A DNA stretch of 64,000 bases from the human T2T-CHM13v2.0 reference genome, Homo sapiens: NCBI RefSeq assembly GCF_009914755.1, contig NC_060930.1; one strand, given 5' to 3'. Made by a program: the position numbers and the translations under genes. Shown here one piece after another: positions 43,055 to 58,065 of the stretch (positions within the stretch are counted from its first letter, which is position 1; every line of letters starts with the position of its first letter). The notes under the pieces were generated by a model that saw only the letters and a list, made by a program, of their open reading frames with translations, was not told the origin of the DNA and did not search any database.

Positions 43055-46000
43055 GAAAATCAGACCAGCAGGAAGGCCACAGAGCAACTTTTCCTCACGC
43101 ACAGGAATGTGCTTTAGTTCTACTCACAGTGGTCTGATGACAAAGTCCTCTTTAATAACTTATAATTTGGAATTGTAAGACATTGGACCCAACACAACCA
43201 ATGTAAAAACAAACCACTCATGATCTTCCTGGGAAAATGGAGGTGCATTTATATAGGAACAGTCTTCTGTGGATGGTTTTCTGAGCAGCTTAGCAAAGAA
43301 TTGATTAAATAACAGCATATGCGTTGTTAAATTCCCTATTACAATGCTTTCAAAATTCTTTGAAAGAAAAAGATGCTCACCTGTTAAAAAAAAACGTAAG
43401 TTTCTAAAGGAGACACTTGAAAACCAGAAAGGAGCATCACCTTCTTAAAAAAAAATCAAAATGGCACAGCAGAAGTTCACATAAAATGCCCGACAATGTT
43501 TCTTTTCAATAGAACTCAAGCTGACTAAAAGACATGCTTGGATTCAGAGCTTTTACTGGTTACCTAGGTTGCAAATGATACCAAAAGAGACACTAGGAAT
43601 TCTTAGTTAGAATGCCAGTCAAGGAAAAGTTCATAATCCTTTCAGATTTTAAATCCTGTGTGTCTGTGAGGAGGATAACCATTTAGTATTTTAGACAACT
43701 GGAAAAGAAGATTAGACCACACTGTGTCTATAAAGTTGTGCTACACCCTGGGTTACCCTCATCAAAGGCTGAAGGAAATGGCTGTTATTCTCTTTTTGAA
43801 ACTGTAGTTATATGGTGACTGCTGGTTATTTAGTTAGAATGGAAAACTGATACACAGAGAAGCATACCAACCGTATCTAATGTATTAGCCTGATATTAAC
43901 AACTAGCATCTGATTACTTACAATTGACCGTATTTGAAATCTATTAAAATCTCTTAATTATTCTTATATGCCCATAGTCACTGCTTTCTCTTAAGGCAAC
44001 ATGAAATGCTTAATGATTAATATAACAATTTCAAAAGCTTTATTGTACAGACTGGACTAGACTCTGTAGTCTTCACAGAGTGATCATTACTTAATGAACT
44101 CAGCACACTGTACATTTTCCAGCCACCTGAAACTCCCAAGTATTGTGTGAGTTTTTGGCCAATTAATTATCAATTACAACATCATAAAACATTAGCACAA
44201 AAATAGGAATAATGAAATTTAATTATACATTATTCTTCTGAGTTGCTGAAAATAATATACAAGACTGATTCTGATTAATAATTCATTCAGCAATAAAGTA
44301 TCAGGAAAGATAATTATGCAGTGCCACAATTCTCACACTGATTTCTATAATTACAGATTACAACAGTGTTAGCAATTTAAAAGGTTAGAGAGCTGTGGTA
44401 ATTTGCTATGTCATCCTCAGCTATATTAATGTCTCTCTTTGAGCACCAAAGATAACTGAAAATATAATAATGGACCAAATCAGATGGCTTGCCCATGCTC
44501 TCCTCACCTAAAACATCTCCAATCTGAGAACATTAGTAAAGTCCTTGATAATTAGCCTCTTATATTATTTAACTAGTCCTACTACACACATTTGGTTTAC
44601 AGCTAATCAAAGAAAGACAATATGTAGGAATACATGCCAAAATATGCAAACATAGAAACATAACCTATAGAAAAGTTACAGGGATACAATCACATTTGGT
44701 ATGTGACATATCTGACCATGAATACACATATATGTATACCTGTATAATTACCCCTTAGATAATTAAACACCAAGTCAAGGGACACACATAATGTAAATCT
44801 CTGTCTCTGGCAACACAGTTGAGTAAATAGCACATGAAAAAATACAAAGTTTATCTAACTACCCTCTCTGGGTTGTTAACATATTATGACACACCAAACT
44901 ACTCTTGCCTTTAAGTTCTATTACATCCTGAGAATGAAAATACACTCAGCTGCTAGAAATACTCACTCTGCTCTGCTTGCATTCCATGGGAAAAAACCTA
45001 GCTAGAAATTTATGGCCTCTTCCCATAACCAGTATTTAAATGAGAATTTTCACCTGGGGATGAGCCCAAGTGAACTAAACATACAGTTCCACAGATATAA
45101 AAATCACTTTCTCCTCTGCTCTTTCTTCTCGCTATTTTTAGAGAGGAGATTTGTAAGACATCTTGGCTTTACTCTCTTGAATGCCTTAAGTATCTGACTA
45201 ACTTCATGTTCAACTAATATGGAGAAACAGATGGAAAATTCACCGGGACTAAAATCTTAGGCATTATTTAAATGAGTTCCTTGCAGAGTCTTTTGTGTGT
45301 CTTGTTGGGACCGGGGGTTCCTCATTCTGGAGTATGCCAGGGTTTGAATTCAAGATTTCATTACAGCTGGCCCCAACAAGATGATAAAGGAAGACAGGGT
45401 GAAAAAACAGTTTCATTTCAGTGGTAGAAAGAACTTGTAGATCATCTGATTGAATATGCTCTTTTAAAAATTATAGACGTTTAGGCTCAAAGATATTAAA
45501 CAATTTACTCAAGGTCGCAGAACCATTTAGTAACAATAACAGAAGAAAAACTCAAGCATGTCTGAATCCCAGGTTTCCACTATATTTTATTAAAGAAAAT
45601 ACCCAAGGAGAAGGGGCATGATGAGCAGCATATGGAGACAATTTTTGTTCTAAAATTAAGCCCATTTACTTACATTTCATTTCTACGAAGGGGTTATGTG
45701 TAAGATTGGGGGTGGGTAGAGGAAGAACCATTCTAAGAGAACACCATAGAACTGTAGCTCTTCATGTATTTCCTTAAGTGAAAATAAAATGGGTTTCCTT
45801 TGAGTCACAAAAATAATTCTAAAACAGGGCATTGCTTCTCATCAGCTTTTTTTTTCTGGGCTACATGCAGGCAGTTGGCACAAGATCATATGGTAGGACA
45901 CCACACTAGATATAAATTCCCTTCACCTTTTTTCACCTACTTCCTTTTATTCCCAGCAGGGCAGTAAAACAGGCTCCCTGCATATCCCTGCAAATTTGCT

Positions 46001-46139
46001 CTTGGATTCAGAAGTAGACCCCTAGCAGGTGATATTGTTCCCTTGTTAAAGTAGCAGACATTCAAGCTTGTAACAGGGGATAAAAATGGCAAGTGGACTT
46101 TGGTCCCACATTTGCAAGGTCCTGTATCATTTTGTACTT

Positions 46140-46600
46140 TGAATTTTTTCTAACATATTATGAACAATTTCAAATTTACAGAAACATTTAAAGAATTTTA
46201 CAGTGAACACCTACATACCCATCACTTAGATTCCACGATTAACATTTTATTATGCTTATTTCATTACACATCCATCCATCTATATCCATCAGATTTTTTT
46301 CAAAGCATATCAAAGTAAACTGCAGAAATCAGCACACTTTCCCCTAAACATTTCAGCAGGATATTACTTGCTAGAGTTTAAGATTAGTTTATAGTTTTTT
46401 TCTTTTGAGGCAAAATTTACATACAATGAAATGTACAAATCTTAAGTGTGTATTCATTGAGTTTTGACAAATACATATACCCATGTAAACCAAATCTTAT
46501 CAATCTATAGACTATAACCATCACCCCAGAAAGATCCCTTATACTCCATCCCAGTCATTCCCCTCCTCCAAAGGCAATCAGTGCTCCAGTTTGTCTAACA
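46140..46600 (-). mobile_element. Old L1M 3' fragments
   Basis: catacaatgaaatgtacaaatcttaagtgt...ccatcaccccagaaag. Confidence 0.7.
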
Positions 46601-47351
46601 GACTAATTGTCTGCCCTAAAACAGTTGAATTTTGAAACTTTAAGTAGCTAAGTGTTCTGTTTTTCTTCTTTCAGTCAACACAAACTGAGCACCTAAAACG
46701 AGACACACACTTAAAGCCAGTAACAACAAAATAATTATTCCATTAAATTAGGAAAATACCTTCCATGGTGGTGAGAACCATGGGATTCATTATACTTCAA
46801 GGGCAATTTAGATGCACAACCAAAAGGGAAGACACATACCACACCCTGCGGCTGTTACTCATTTGGAAACTTGCTGACTCTTCAATAGTAAATTAAAATC
46901 CATACCCATGCCCAGTGAAAAATGGGGCTATGCAGGATCCTTGGATTAAGTGTGAAAAATGAGGAGGCTTTTTAAAAAAGCCCATCTTCAAACCAATATC
47001 ATCGCTTTATGATGAAGATGAACTGTTATAACATGCCAAGCCTGTAACCTACAAAGACACAGCCCCGAGTTTTACACAACTATAAAATCATGAAGGAGGC
47101 TAGTAAAGGAGCCGAAAGGCTCTTCATTTATTTTCTTTAAACTTAACTACAGTAGTCAGTGTGGATTAGGCCCTCATTTTCCAGCAGCTGAATTATTGTC
47201 AAGGTGCTAACACTCTTGGTGGAAACAGCATTGGATTACCTACCTCTTTCTGCAAGAGCTCAACAGCACGCTTCACATATCAGTCACTAAAACTGCATTA
47301 AAAGGCTCTCCTACAGCAACTCTGATACTCTTTTAAAAGTTCATTAACCCC

Positions 47352-47822
47352 TGTTGTGGATTGAATCACAATATTCTCCCTCCCTCCAAAAGAAATGTTG
47401 AAGCCCTAACCTCCTGTAGCTCAGAATGTGGCCTTATTTGGAAATAATATCATTGCAGATGTAATTAGTTAAGATGGGGTCATACTGGAGTAGGGTAGGC
47501 CTCTCATCCAATATCATGGGTGTCCTTTTAAAATGAACTCCATATGGAGACAGAGACACAGGGAGAACAACACCATGTGAAGATGGAGGCAGAGGTGAGA
47601 GTGATGTGGCTACAAGCCAAGGAATGCCAAAGATGAATGGTCAGCACCAGAAGCTAGGAAGAAGGAAGGAAGAGTTCTTCCCTATAGGTTTCAGAGGGAG
47701 CATGACCCTGCCAACATCCTGATTTTGGACTTCTAACCTCTAGAACTGTGAGGCAATACATTTCTGTTGTAAGGCATCCAGTTTGTGGTACTTTGTTATG
47801 GAAGCCTTAGGAAACTAGAACA
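47352..47822 (+). mobile_element. MaLR solo LTR (MLT1C-like)
   Basis: tgttgtggattgaat...gccaaggaatgccaa...tttcagagggagcatg...ggaaactagaaca. Confidence 0.88.
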
Positions 47823-48439
47823 ACCTTAAAGAAGATTTTCCCCTTTTTGGTAATTGTTTTAAACAAAAGTGTAATTTACATGCAGAAAAGTATACCAACC
47901 ATAAGGGCACAATCAATGATTTTCTTTCAAGTAGACGCATTCATGTAACCACCACCCAAATGAAGACTATTATCAGCACCCCAGAATTCTCCTTCATGCC
48001 CCATCCCAGTTGTTATTTCCACCAACAGAACTGCTAATTCTAACTTCCTTCACCTTAGTTTTCTCTTTTTGAACTTTAAAGAAATAATATATAATTTTTT
48101 GTGTGTCTGGCTTCTTGTGCTCAACATTATGTTTGTGAGGTTCATCCATGTTGTTGTGTATAAGAGTGGTTTCTTCTAAAGATGGTTTGAAAAATATCAT
48201 TAAGTTTTTCTTTTGTTTTGCTTTGGTTGGTTCAAATTTCCTAAAATGAATAAAATGGTAAATACTGAAATTCTCCAAAAATCTCCCAATCCCAGCTTCC
48301 CAGCCATCCAGTTCCATTTTCTAGAGGCCACGAGTGTCTCTTGTGTATCCTTCCAGAGAGAACTGATGCCTATTTAAGCAAAGATATATATATTTATAGA
48401 TAGATCTTTGTCCTTTTTTTTACACAGAAGTTTACATAT

Positions 48440-48743
<304 letters not shown>

Positions 48744-49076
48744 TTACATACTAAGCCATGATCTGCACCCTGCTTTCACTTAAAAATATAGTTTCTTCAT
48801 TCTTGTTTTATGGTTTCATAATACTTGACTAGAAGGTCATAGTACAATTTATATAACCAATTCTCTATTGGCAGCTATCCGGGTTGTAGTCAGTATGTGT
48901 TATTATAAACAAGGTTGTAACGTGTAATCTTGTAATTTTGTACACATATCCATACATTCTCCTAAATGTGAAATTACTGGATCAAAGGATATAAACTTTG
49001 TAGTTTTGATACTGCCAAATTGTCCTCCATTGGGACAGTACCAATTTATACTCCTGCCAGCAATGTACAAGAGTAC

Positions 49077-49367
49077 TTTTTTTTTTGAGATGGAGTCTCA
49101 CTGTGTCGCCCAGGCTGGAATGCAGAGGCGCGATCTTGGCTCAGTGCAATGTCCGCGTCCCAGGTTCAAGCGATTCTCCAGCCTCAGCCTCCTGAGTAGT
49201 CGGGACCACAGGTGCGTGCTACCACGGCCGGCTAATTTTTTGTATTTTCAGTAGAGACGGGGTTTCATCGTGTTAGCCAGGATGGTCTCTATCTCCTGAC
49301 CTCGTGATCTGCTCGCCTCGGCCTCCCAAAATGCTGGGATTACAGGCATAAGCCACTGCGCCTGGCC
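49077..49367 (-). mobile_element. AluSc/AluY-like
   Basis: gttagccaggatggtct; TSD aagagtactt. Confidence 0.93.
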
Positions 49368-51849
49368 AAGAGTACTTCTTTATCCATAGTCTTGCTAATA
49401 GATTATATTACCAAACTTAAAAACAAAACAAAACAAAAAACCCCTGCCTGTTTGGCAAGTAAAAAACAGCGTTTAATTATAGTTTTAATTTGCATTAATT
49501 TTTAATAAATGACACTGATATATTTCATGTTTATGAACAGCTATTTATATTTCCACATCTGTAAATTGTTAATAGTCTTACTATTCTTTTAATTTTTTTC
49601 CCCTATTGCATTGTTGGTCTTTTTCTGCCTTGGAGAAGCTCTTTAAATATTAGGGAAATCAGTTCTATCTCTAGATGAGTTGCAAAAATATTTTTCCTTC
49701 TTTGTCACTTTTTTTTTTTTTTGGCCGTGGTTTATGGTGGTATTTGCTGCTCAGAAATTTTTGATTTTTGTGTCATTGAATTCATTTTATGACTTTCCCT
49801 TTGTGGTTTCTGGATTTTTGTCATACTTTGAAAGGCCTTCCCAACTTATAAACAATTTTCTCCTGAATCCTTTTAGAACTTTTACGGTTAAATTTTTTTC
49901 CCAAGTAAGTTTTGGAACCATTTAGGATTTATCTTGGTGTAAATATGAACCACCAAACTTTCTTTTTCCCAGAAGGCTATTTAATTGTCCCAGCACCATT
50001 TATTGAACATCCTTTTTTATCACACTGATTTGAGATGCTTCCTTAATGTAAACTAAAATTTCAAATGTATTTGAGATTATTTCTGGACTCTATAAGGTGC
50101 CACTGACTTGCCCATTAATGCCAATTCAAATATATGAGTACGTTTGTAGTATATTTTAATATCTAAAGAGCAATTTTCTCTCTTTTTATTCTTGGCTATT
50201 TTTGATTTTTTTTTTTTACATGAACTTCAGCATCAGCTTGTTTGGTTACAAAATATTCTGTTGGTATTTTTACTGCATTCACATTAAATTTGTGATGTTG
50301 AGGTTTTCTGTCCAAGGACATGGATTGTCTTTCCATTTATTCACATCTTTGTTTTTTCTCTTCATCTCAGGAGGATTTTAAAACAGTTTCATTTATTTAC
50401 AAGAATAAAGATTTACATCTTAAGGAGTTCTTGAGTTCAATTCCTATATTTATACACATTACATATATATATATACACATGTGTATATATTTTATTTGAA
50501 CTTTTCTTTTTTGCTATTGTAAATAGGATATTAACTTCCATTATATCTTCTAATCAGCTGTTGATCACATATATGAAGAATGTTTAGTTTTACATAATCC
50601 ATTAGTACATAATGGGTTGTTATTGTTACCACCATCTTCCAGCTGATTCACAGAAGAAAGCATACTATCCAAGTGTGCAATCATATCATCTGCAAATAAC
50701 AAACATTAGTTTAACCTCGTCCTTTTGACTTTTTACACTTCTACTTTCTTTCTCTTGTACTGCACAGGCTAAGTACGTTCAGAACAATGTTAAAGAAATA
50801 ACAATGGGCGCCCTTGTCTTCATTGTTTCTGACATGGCTTCTGGTGTTTCCCTATTACTGGGTATATTCCTTTGGGCATACACCCAGTAATGGGACTGCT
50901 GGGCCAAATGGTAGCTAATTTGACTCTGCAATCCCATAAACACTACATCTACTAAAGCGTGATGCTAATTTTATAATAAATAATATATATAATAATAATT
51001 TTATGTTAAGGAGGTATCCATCACTTCTGATTTTATAAAGTGGTTTTTAATGAAAATAGATGTTGAATTACATCAATGCCTTTGCAGCATCTATGAACAT
51101 GATCAAATAAGTGTTCCTTAAAGATCTATTAATATGATAAATTATATTAAAAGATTTTTCCAATATTTATCACTCCTGGAATGAACCTCATTTGGTTATG
51201 GTACACTGTTCTTTCAAAATGGTGCTAGGCTCTGTTTGCTAATATTTTATTTAGAATTTTACAATTGTGTTCTTCTATGGTGGTTGGTCTGATGGATTAT
51301 CCTGCTCTTTAGAAGTCAGTGACTAAATTATATTTTCTTAGACAATTATGGATTTTTAAATTTATCTGTAAAAAGTTGAGTAAAACAGGCTTTATGATTC
51401 CTTTGTAATCTTTTATTTACCTTATTTTTATTATTTCCTCTATTTTATTAATCAAGTCAGCTAAAGTTTCCTTGATTGTGTTGAGGTTTTCAAACAACAT
51501 GCTTTTGCATTTATTAATTCTTCAATTTTTCAGTTTTTGAATTCAGGATTTTTTGATATACTTTTATTTCCTTCCTGCTATATTTTAAGTTTGTTTTATT
51601 ATTCTTTTCTAACGTTTTGAGTTAGACACTTAATTCATTTATTTCTATTTTTCTTATTTGCCAAAATAAATATTTTAGGCCACGGCTTCTCTTCTGACCA
51701 CTGCTTTAAGCTGCAGCTCCTGGATTCTGCTAAAAACACACTGACACACTGACACAGATACTTACCTAAACATTGCATATAAATAAACTATGGGAAACTG
51801 ATCATTTAAAAAGATGTTAGAAAAGACCACTAAAGGAACCCAGCAGTAA

Positions 51850-52182
<333 letters not shown>

Positions 52183-52539
52183 AAGAATAATCCTTTTGCT
52201 GCCATTCATGGTGTATTGACCAGGTGCACCAGGCACAGTGTGGGCTACTGTGAGAATAAACATGAAGGGGTCTCTGTCTTTCCATCAGTAAGGAAACCAC
52301 ACATGAGCACATAAAAACACATACTCACATATACAATATCACAGAAACATAAGGACAAGTCATACAAACCATAAAGAGATACAAACTTTCACATAAAATA
52401 ATTTCCCTTCTTCTGCTCAAAACATACATACCTATAATCTTTAATAGGCATTCATTTAATTTATACTGACCTAAGTTGCTCTTCCAACTTAAAAGCAGTT
52501 CACAATAACAATATTTGTTTTTGCATAGAATATGGGTCA

Positions 52540-52835
52540 GAAGAGATGTAGAAAGGCTTGTTGGGTAGCTCTTGTAACAGTCTAGGTGAGTGATGATGAT
52601 GGCTTGGACTAGTGAGGAAGCATAAGAGTGGCAACCACGGCCTGATTTGGCATGAATTTCAAAGGTACAGAGAGGTACAGTTGATAGGATTTGCTAATGG
52701 ACTGGATGTGGGGTGAGAGAGAATGAAAAGAGTTAAGGGTAACTTTGAGAATTTCAGCTTCTGCAATTACATGAATGAGGGTGTCATTTACTGTAAGGGA
52801 AAACTCCAGGGGAGGATCATGTTTGGGGGCTGGGG
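52540..52835 (-). mobile_element. L2 fragment
   Basis: gtctaggtgagtgatgatgatggcttggact...ggatttgctaatggactggatgtgggg. Confidence 0.75.
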
Positions 52836-52881
52836 TTGAAATAAATTGTTGCTTCCTGGTAGTTCATCTATCCAAGCTCAC

Positions 52882-53291
52882 TGTTATGGTTTGAATGTGT
52901 CCCCCAAAAGTTCATGTGTTGGCAACTTAATCCTTGCGACAGCAGTGTTGAGAGGTGGGACCTTTAGGAGGTGATTGGGTCATGAGGGTTCTGTCTTCAT
53001 TAATGGATTAATGAGGGAGTGAGTCTGTTATAACAGGAGTGGGTCTTTATAAAAGCCATTTTGGCCATGTCTCATAACCTCCCTCACCATGTGATGCCAG
53101 CCTCCAGAACTGGAAGAAAATACCTTACCTTTCCTTTTCCTCTTCCCCCTTTCCTTTCCTTTCTTCCCTTCCTCTCTCCCTCCCTCCCTTCCTCCCTCCC
53201 TTCCTCTCTCTCCTCCCTCACTCCCTTTCTTTCTTTTCAAATTACTCAGTTTCAGATATTAACTTACAGCAACAGAAAACAAACTAAGACA
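52882..53291 (+). mobile_element. MSTD-like solo LTR with internal pyrimidine tract (~53127-53237)
   Basis: tgttatggtttgaatgtgtcccc...aaactaagaca; near-TSD ctcac/ctcat. Confidence 0.85.
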
Positions 53292-53669
53292 CTCATCTCA
53301 TTCACCTCTCCCATAAGTTGGTTATATTCAAGTGTCACTGACCTTTGTCCTATCACAGCTCCATGCTGTTGCATGTTCCGTTTCCACCCAAAGTGTCCTG
53401 CCTACTCTTCTCTGTCTGGCAAACACCTGCTCATCCTTCAAGAATAATCTCAAATGTCAGCTCCTTTGGTTACCTTTCTGACTCCTGCAGGCACAGTTGG
53501 GAGATTCATGCTGGAGCTTTCCAGCCTCCCAGCCATCTCAGTCTCACAAAATTGCTTATGTGTCTGTCTCTGTCACCTGGTTAAGTTCCCCAAGGACAGA
53601 AGTCATGCTTTTTTCTTCTTTTTTCCCTGGAGCACAATGCCTGAAACAAAGATGGCTACTCAATAAGTG

Positions 53670-54712
53670 TTTTCATTCATTCCATCAATATTGATGGAGT
53701 GTCTACCATGTATAACACATGATGCCATGTACTGTTCTAGGTACCTGAGGATATAGCAATGAACAAAGCAAAGTTGTGCTTGTCATGGAGCCTTCATTCC
53801 ATTGGAGAAAAGGGCAATATACACACAAACGAATGAATCTACAATAATGTGCTGTAGAGGAAAAAAATAAGGCAGGGCAAGAGCAGTGAAGGATGTGGGC
53901 GGTGAGGTCCTGTTTTAAATACTGCAGTCGTGGAAGATCTCATTTAGGCAGATTCTAAATGAAGTGAGGGAGTAAACCATGCAGATATCTGGGAAAAGAG
54001 CCTTCCTGGCAGAAATAAACAGCTGGTTCAATGGCCCTACAGCAGGAGTAGGCTTGATGCTCTGATGACTCAAAAGGCCAGAGTGCATGGAGGATAGTGG
54101 CCAGCGAAAGCTGCAGAGGTAGTCAGGAAGTGAAGGGCATGCAGTTCGAGGTAGGAGTTTGGGTTTTACTCTAAGTGTTATGAGAAGCCAGAGTAGGCAA
54201 GTGATAGGATCTGATTTACACTTTAAAAGATTCCTTTGGCTTCCATATGGAAAATGGGTTGCTGTAGGGTCAGACTGGAAGCAAGAAAGCATGTTAGGAG
54301 GCTCCTGCAGCAGTCCTGGTAAGCATGATGATGGACTGAACTATGGAAGGAGCAGAAAAGTGGTGACAAAGTGCCTGGATTTGACAGGTGGAGCTGACGG
54401 GATTTGCTAGTGGATTGGATGTGGGGTGAGAGAACGGAAAGAGTTAACGATGGCACCAAGGATTTCAGCTTAAGTGACCAGATGAATGGGGGTGTCATTT
54501 ATTGAAAGAGGAAACCCCAGAGGAGGATCAGGTATGGGGGATGAGGGCAGAACAAGTGTTGGTTTTGGATATGACAACTTTGAGGAGTTGATTAGACAGC
54601 CCTGTGGAGGTAAGCAACTGAACACAGCCTGATTCTAGAGAGATAAATTTGGGAGCCATTAGTATGCAGATGGTATTTAAAAGCCACAAGACTGGATGAG
54701 ATCACCAGGGAG
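53670..54712 (-). mobile_element. L2 (long 3' fragment)
   Basis: ttcattcattccatcaatattg...aaccatgcagatatctggg...atggtatttaaaagcc..gactggatgagatcacc. Confidence 0.85.
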
Positions 54713-56605
54713 TAAGCTTATGTGGGCTGAATGAATGAATAAGCAAGTTTATGCTCAGGAAGGAAACTGTTATCAGGTTGATAACATCTGACTCTACAGA
54801 GACTGGACAAATAGATAATAAACACAGGGATGAAAGGGCACAGAATTAATTTTTTTCCATGTCTAGATGGCTAATCCAGACTTTTCCCTTACATGCGCAG
54901 AAAAGCCTGCATCCTAAATTATTGAGGACAAAGCAGACCGCATGACTCTGTGGAGCAGTTTCCACTGCTTGGCTTGTGTGCAAGGTGTGTCAGCCTACTT
55001 CAGGCGTCTTGGTAACTAAGCACTTTTCTGGGTGAGCATCTTATCACAGCATGTTGTGCAGGCTGGAACCCATGAGAGTGAGTCCTTCAGGAAAGAAACG
55101 ACATCAACAGATGTACACAACACGTTTCAAATTAATAAAGGTGGGGGGAAGATCACAAATACAACATCTGTAACACTGTACGTGCAACTTGTCATCTCTA
55201 TTGAAGAAACAGGCAGGTAAGCTTCCACAACTAAGATAAAATAATCTTTGCCGTAAGTCCGAGATAAGTTGCATTGAATTTGGGGTAGTTAAGCTGTATT
55301 TCTCAAAAGTCAAAACCAAGTCAGTGGGTTCACCAAATTCTTTTGGTTACTTCAAATATCATATTACCAATACCAAAAACTTCTCAGGCCCACAGGACTC
55401 TCATCCCATGTAAAAACACTAAAAGGATGGTGATGCAAGAGGTATCCCACTGTGAAAAATTCCTTTTGCATACTTTCTAAAATTAATATTTCTTTCCAAG
55501 TACACAGGGTTTTGTCTGCCACTTATTTTGCTTTTTAATCATGAGGCACTAAAAGTTGGCACATTTTTAAAGGTGCCAGCTTCCATGGACTTTTAAAATT
55601 TCCATTCATTCCCATAGTCTTACAGGCTTCTCTCCCCTAAAAACCATGAGGACTCTGTTCATATCTGCTCCCCTGCTCCACTATGATCAAAGATATTCCT
55701 CTGTATCTCTGTGTAATACTCAAAACAGGAAATAAAGACCCCAAAATGAAGCCTCAGTATCTCATGTCTTCCCCAGTGTCCCATCCACGTCTGAAAGAGT
55801 GAAAGCTCTGTTTTAGAATGACTGCTGGCTGCCAATGAGAGCTCTGGATACGTTGACATGGATGAACGAAAACACACTCAAAAAAGAGCAAAATTGTGTG
55901 GAAACTTGGAAACATGGAAAGATTCAGTCATTTAAGCATCTAAGAAACATTTAGTATGTGTCTACCACATGCCAGCCACTTTGCTAAGTGCTGGGTCACA
56001 AACACAAGCCTCTGGAGCTCATAATATAGTGGCTAACGAGACAAATGCCATCAAGGACAGATGAGACTCTTCCCAGCAATGGCAATGCCTAAACTGAATT
56101 CTGAAGGACAAAACAGAAATTATCTAAGGGAAGGCACAGAGGGAGAATCAGTTAATATTTGTGGATCCCTAACTGCATTCTCCCTTGTAAGCCTGGTACT
56201 AGGTATACAAAGATGAATATGGTACACCTCCTCCCCAAAAGAAGACAAAAGACATAGTAGCTATTTTGAAATTTCAAAGGAGCTAGCCAGAAGCAGCATC
56301 CGATTTTTCTGGGTGAACCTGTGGGTGATATCAATATGGAAGGTACTAAGGCAGGAGCACACTGGAGAGTTGATTCCATGGGCTCTTTCAGATGTTTTTT
56401 CCACAGACCTATAGAGACGCTTTTGTAAACAAGTTCAAGTTTACGAGCATTCAAAAATGAATGCATCAGAGCTACTAGAATTTGGTGACTTTTTTTTTTT
56501 TAACACTGTAATTACAAGAATAAAGGGAAGGATGAAGCTAAACCATATTCTTATGCCCAAGCAACTCATTAACAGAGGCCAAGCCCAGGCCAATTGCCCA
56601 TGTAA

Positions 56606-56905
56606 TTTCTTTCTTTCTTTCTTTCTTTTTTTGAGACAGAGATTCACTACTGTCACCCAGGCTGGAGTGCAATGGCATGATCTTGGCTCACTGCAACCTC
56701 TGCCTCCGGGTTCAAGCGATTCTCCTGCCTCAGCCTCCTGAGTAGCTGGGATTACAGGCATCTGCCATTACGCAGGCTAATTTTTGTATTTTTAGGGGTT
56801 TCACCATGTTGGCCAGGCTGGTCTCGAACTCCTGACTTCAGGTGATCTGCCCGCCTTGGCCTCCCAAAGTGCTGGGATTACAGGCGTGAGCCACTGTGCC
56901 TGTCC
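56606..56905 (-). mobile_element. AluS
   Basis: TSD tgcccatgt.atttct. Confidence 0.94.
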
Positions 56906-57805
56906 TGCCCATGTTATTTCTACAAACCTTTATCCTCTTGGTGCTTTCAGGAAGTTATCAGGGATGGGGGGCAGAGGTGGCAGGGGCCTATAATGTAACT
57001 GTTCTGTGCTGTACAGCCAGGTTCCTTTCCGGTTGCTGGTGAGAATCCAATGTCAGCTAGAGTTATACTGGCACGTCCATGGTCCTGGAAAGGCCTTGGA
57101 AAGGCTGAGGCAGGCAAATGCTTCTCCACAGATGCCCTACCCCACCTCGTTCATTCTCTTGGATGTCAGTGCTCTTCTGCTAACAGAACCTATACTTCAT
57201 GCCCCATTTCCCCGAATCACTTCTTTCCTCTACTCATACAGTATCCTTGATGAAGCTGAGCACCTTCGAGTGTCCGCAGTTTTTGAAAGCCGTGGCTGTC
57301 TTATAATAACCCATCCTGACGTTCCTAGGAGTATTTATATTCTGAGGGTGAGTTAAGTTAGTGGATAATTGTGGTAAAGAAAGGCCTTGTCAGTGCCTCC
57401 TGTAGAGTCACACCATCAAACCCTGGGGTATGCTGGGGCCTGAGTTCTCTCCAGCAAACCCCAAAACCAGAACTTGGGTTGGCACTCCACTTTATTTTCC
57501 AAGTTATGGATCTCAGGGCTGGCAAACACAATCCTAGACAATTGATTCTCAAAGGTCTCAAATCATCTGGTGTCTAAAGGGCTAATCTAGGGGCTCCCCT
57601 GAAAGTCTCTTGGTAAATCTCTCCTTAAAGATTTCAAATAAAACCTGAAGCAAACAGAGCACCTGTCTAGATGATAAGAGGCCTGATTCATATTCCATTC
57701 TATTGCTGACTTGTGACACCTAGAAATTCAGTCGTAGCTTTTCTGTGGCATATTCTATGAAGTGAGGGTATAATAACCGAGATTAGTTTCAGGTCTAGGT
57801 CTTTC

Positions 57806-58065
57806 TATTTTTTTTTTATTTATATATTTAGAGACAGGTTCTCACTCTGTTGCACAGACTGGTGTGCAGTGGTGTGATCATAGCTCACTGCAGCCTTGAA
57901 TTCCTGGGCTCAAGGAATCCTCTTGCCTCAGCCACCTGAGTTGCTAGAACTACAGGTGTGCATAACCATGTGCAGCTAATTTTTGTGTTTTTCGTAGAGA
58001 CAGGGTCTCACTATATTGCCCAGGCTGGTCTTGAACTCCTGGCCTCAAGCAATCCTCCTGCCTTG
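57806..58065 (-). mobile_element. AluJ (5'-clipped)
   Basis: gcagccttgaattcctgggctcaag. Confidence 0.9.

Noticed and set aside
56966-56985. CTCF-like motif gcagaggtggcag
   Set aside because: It lacks the 5' CC of the core and is only a partial match.
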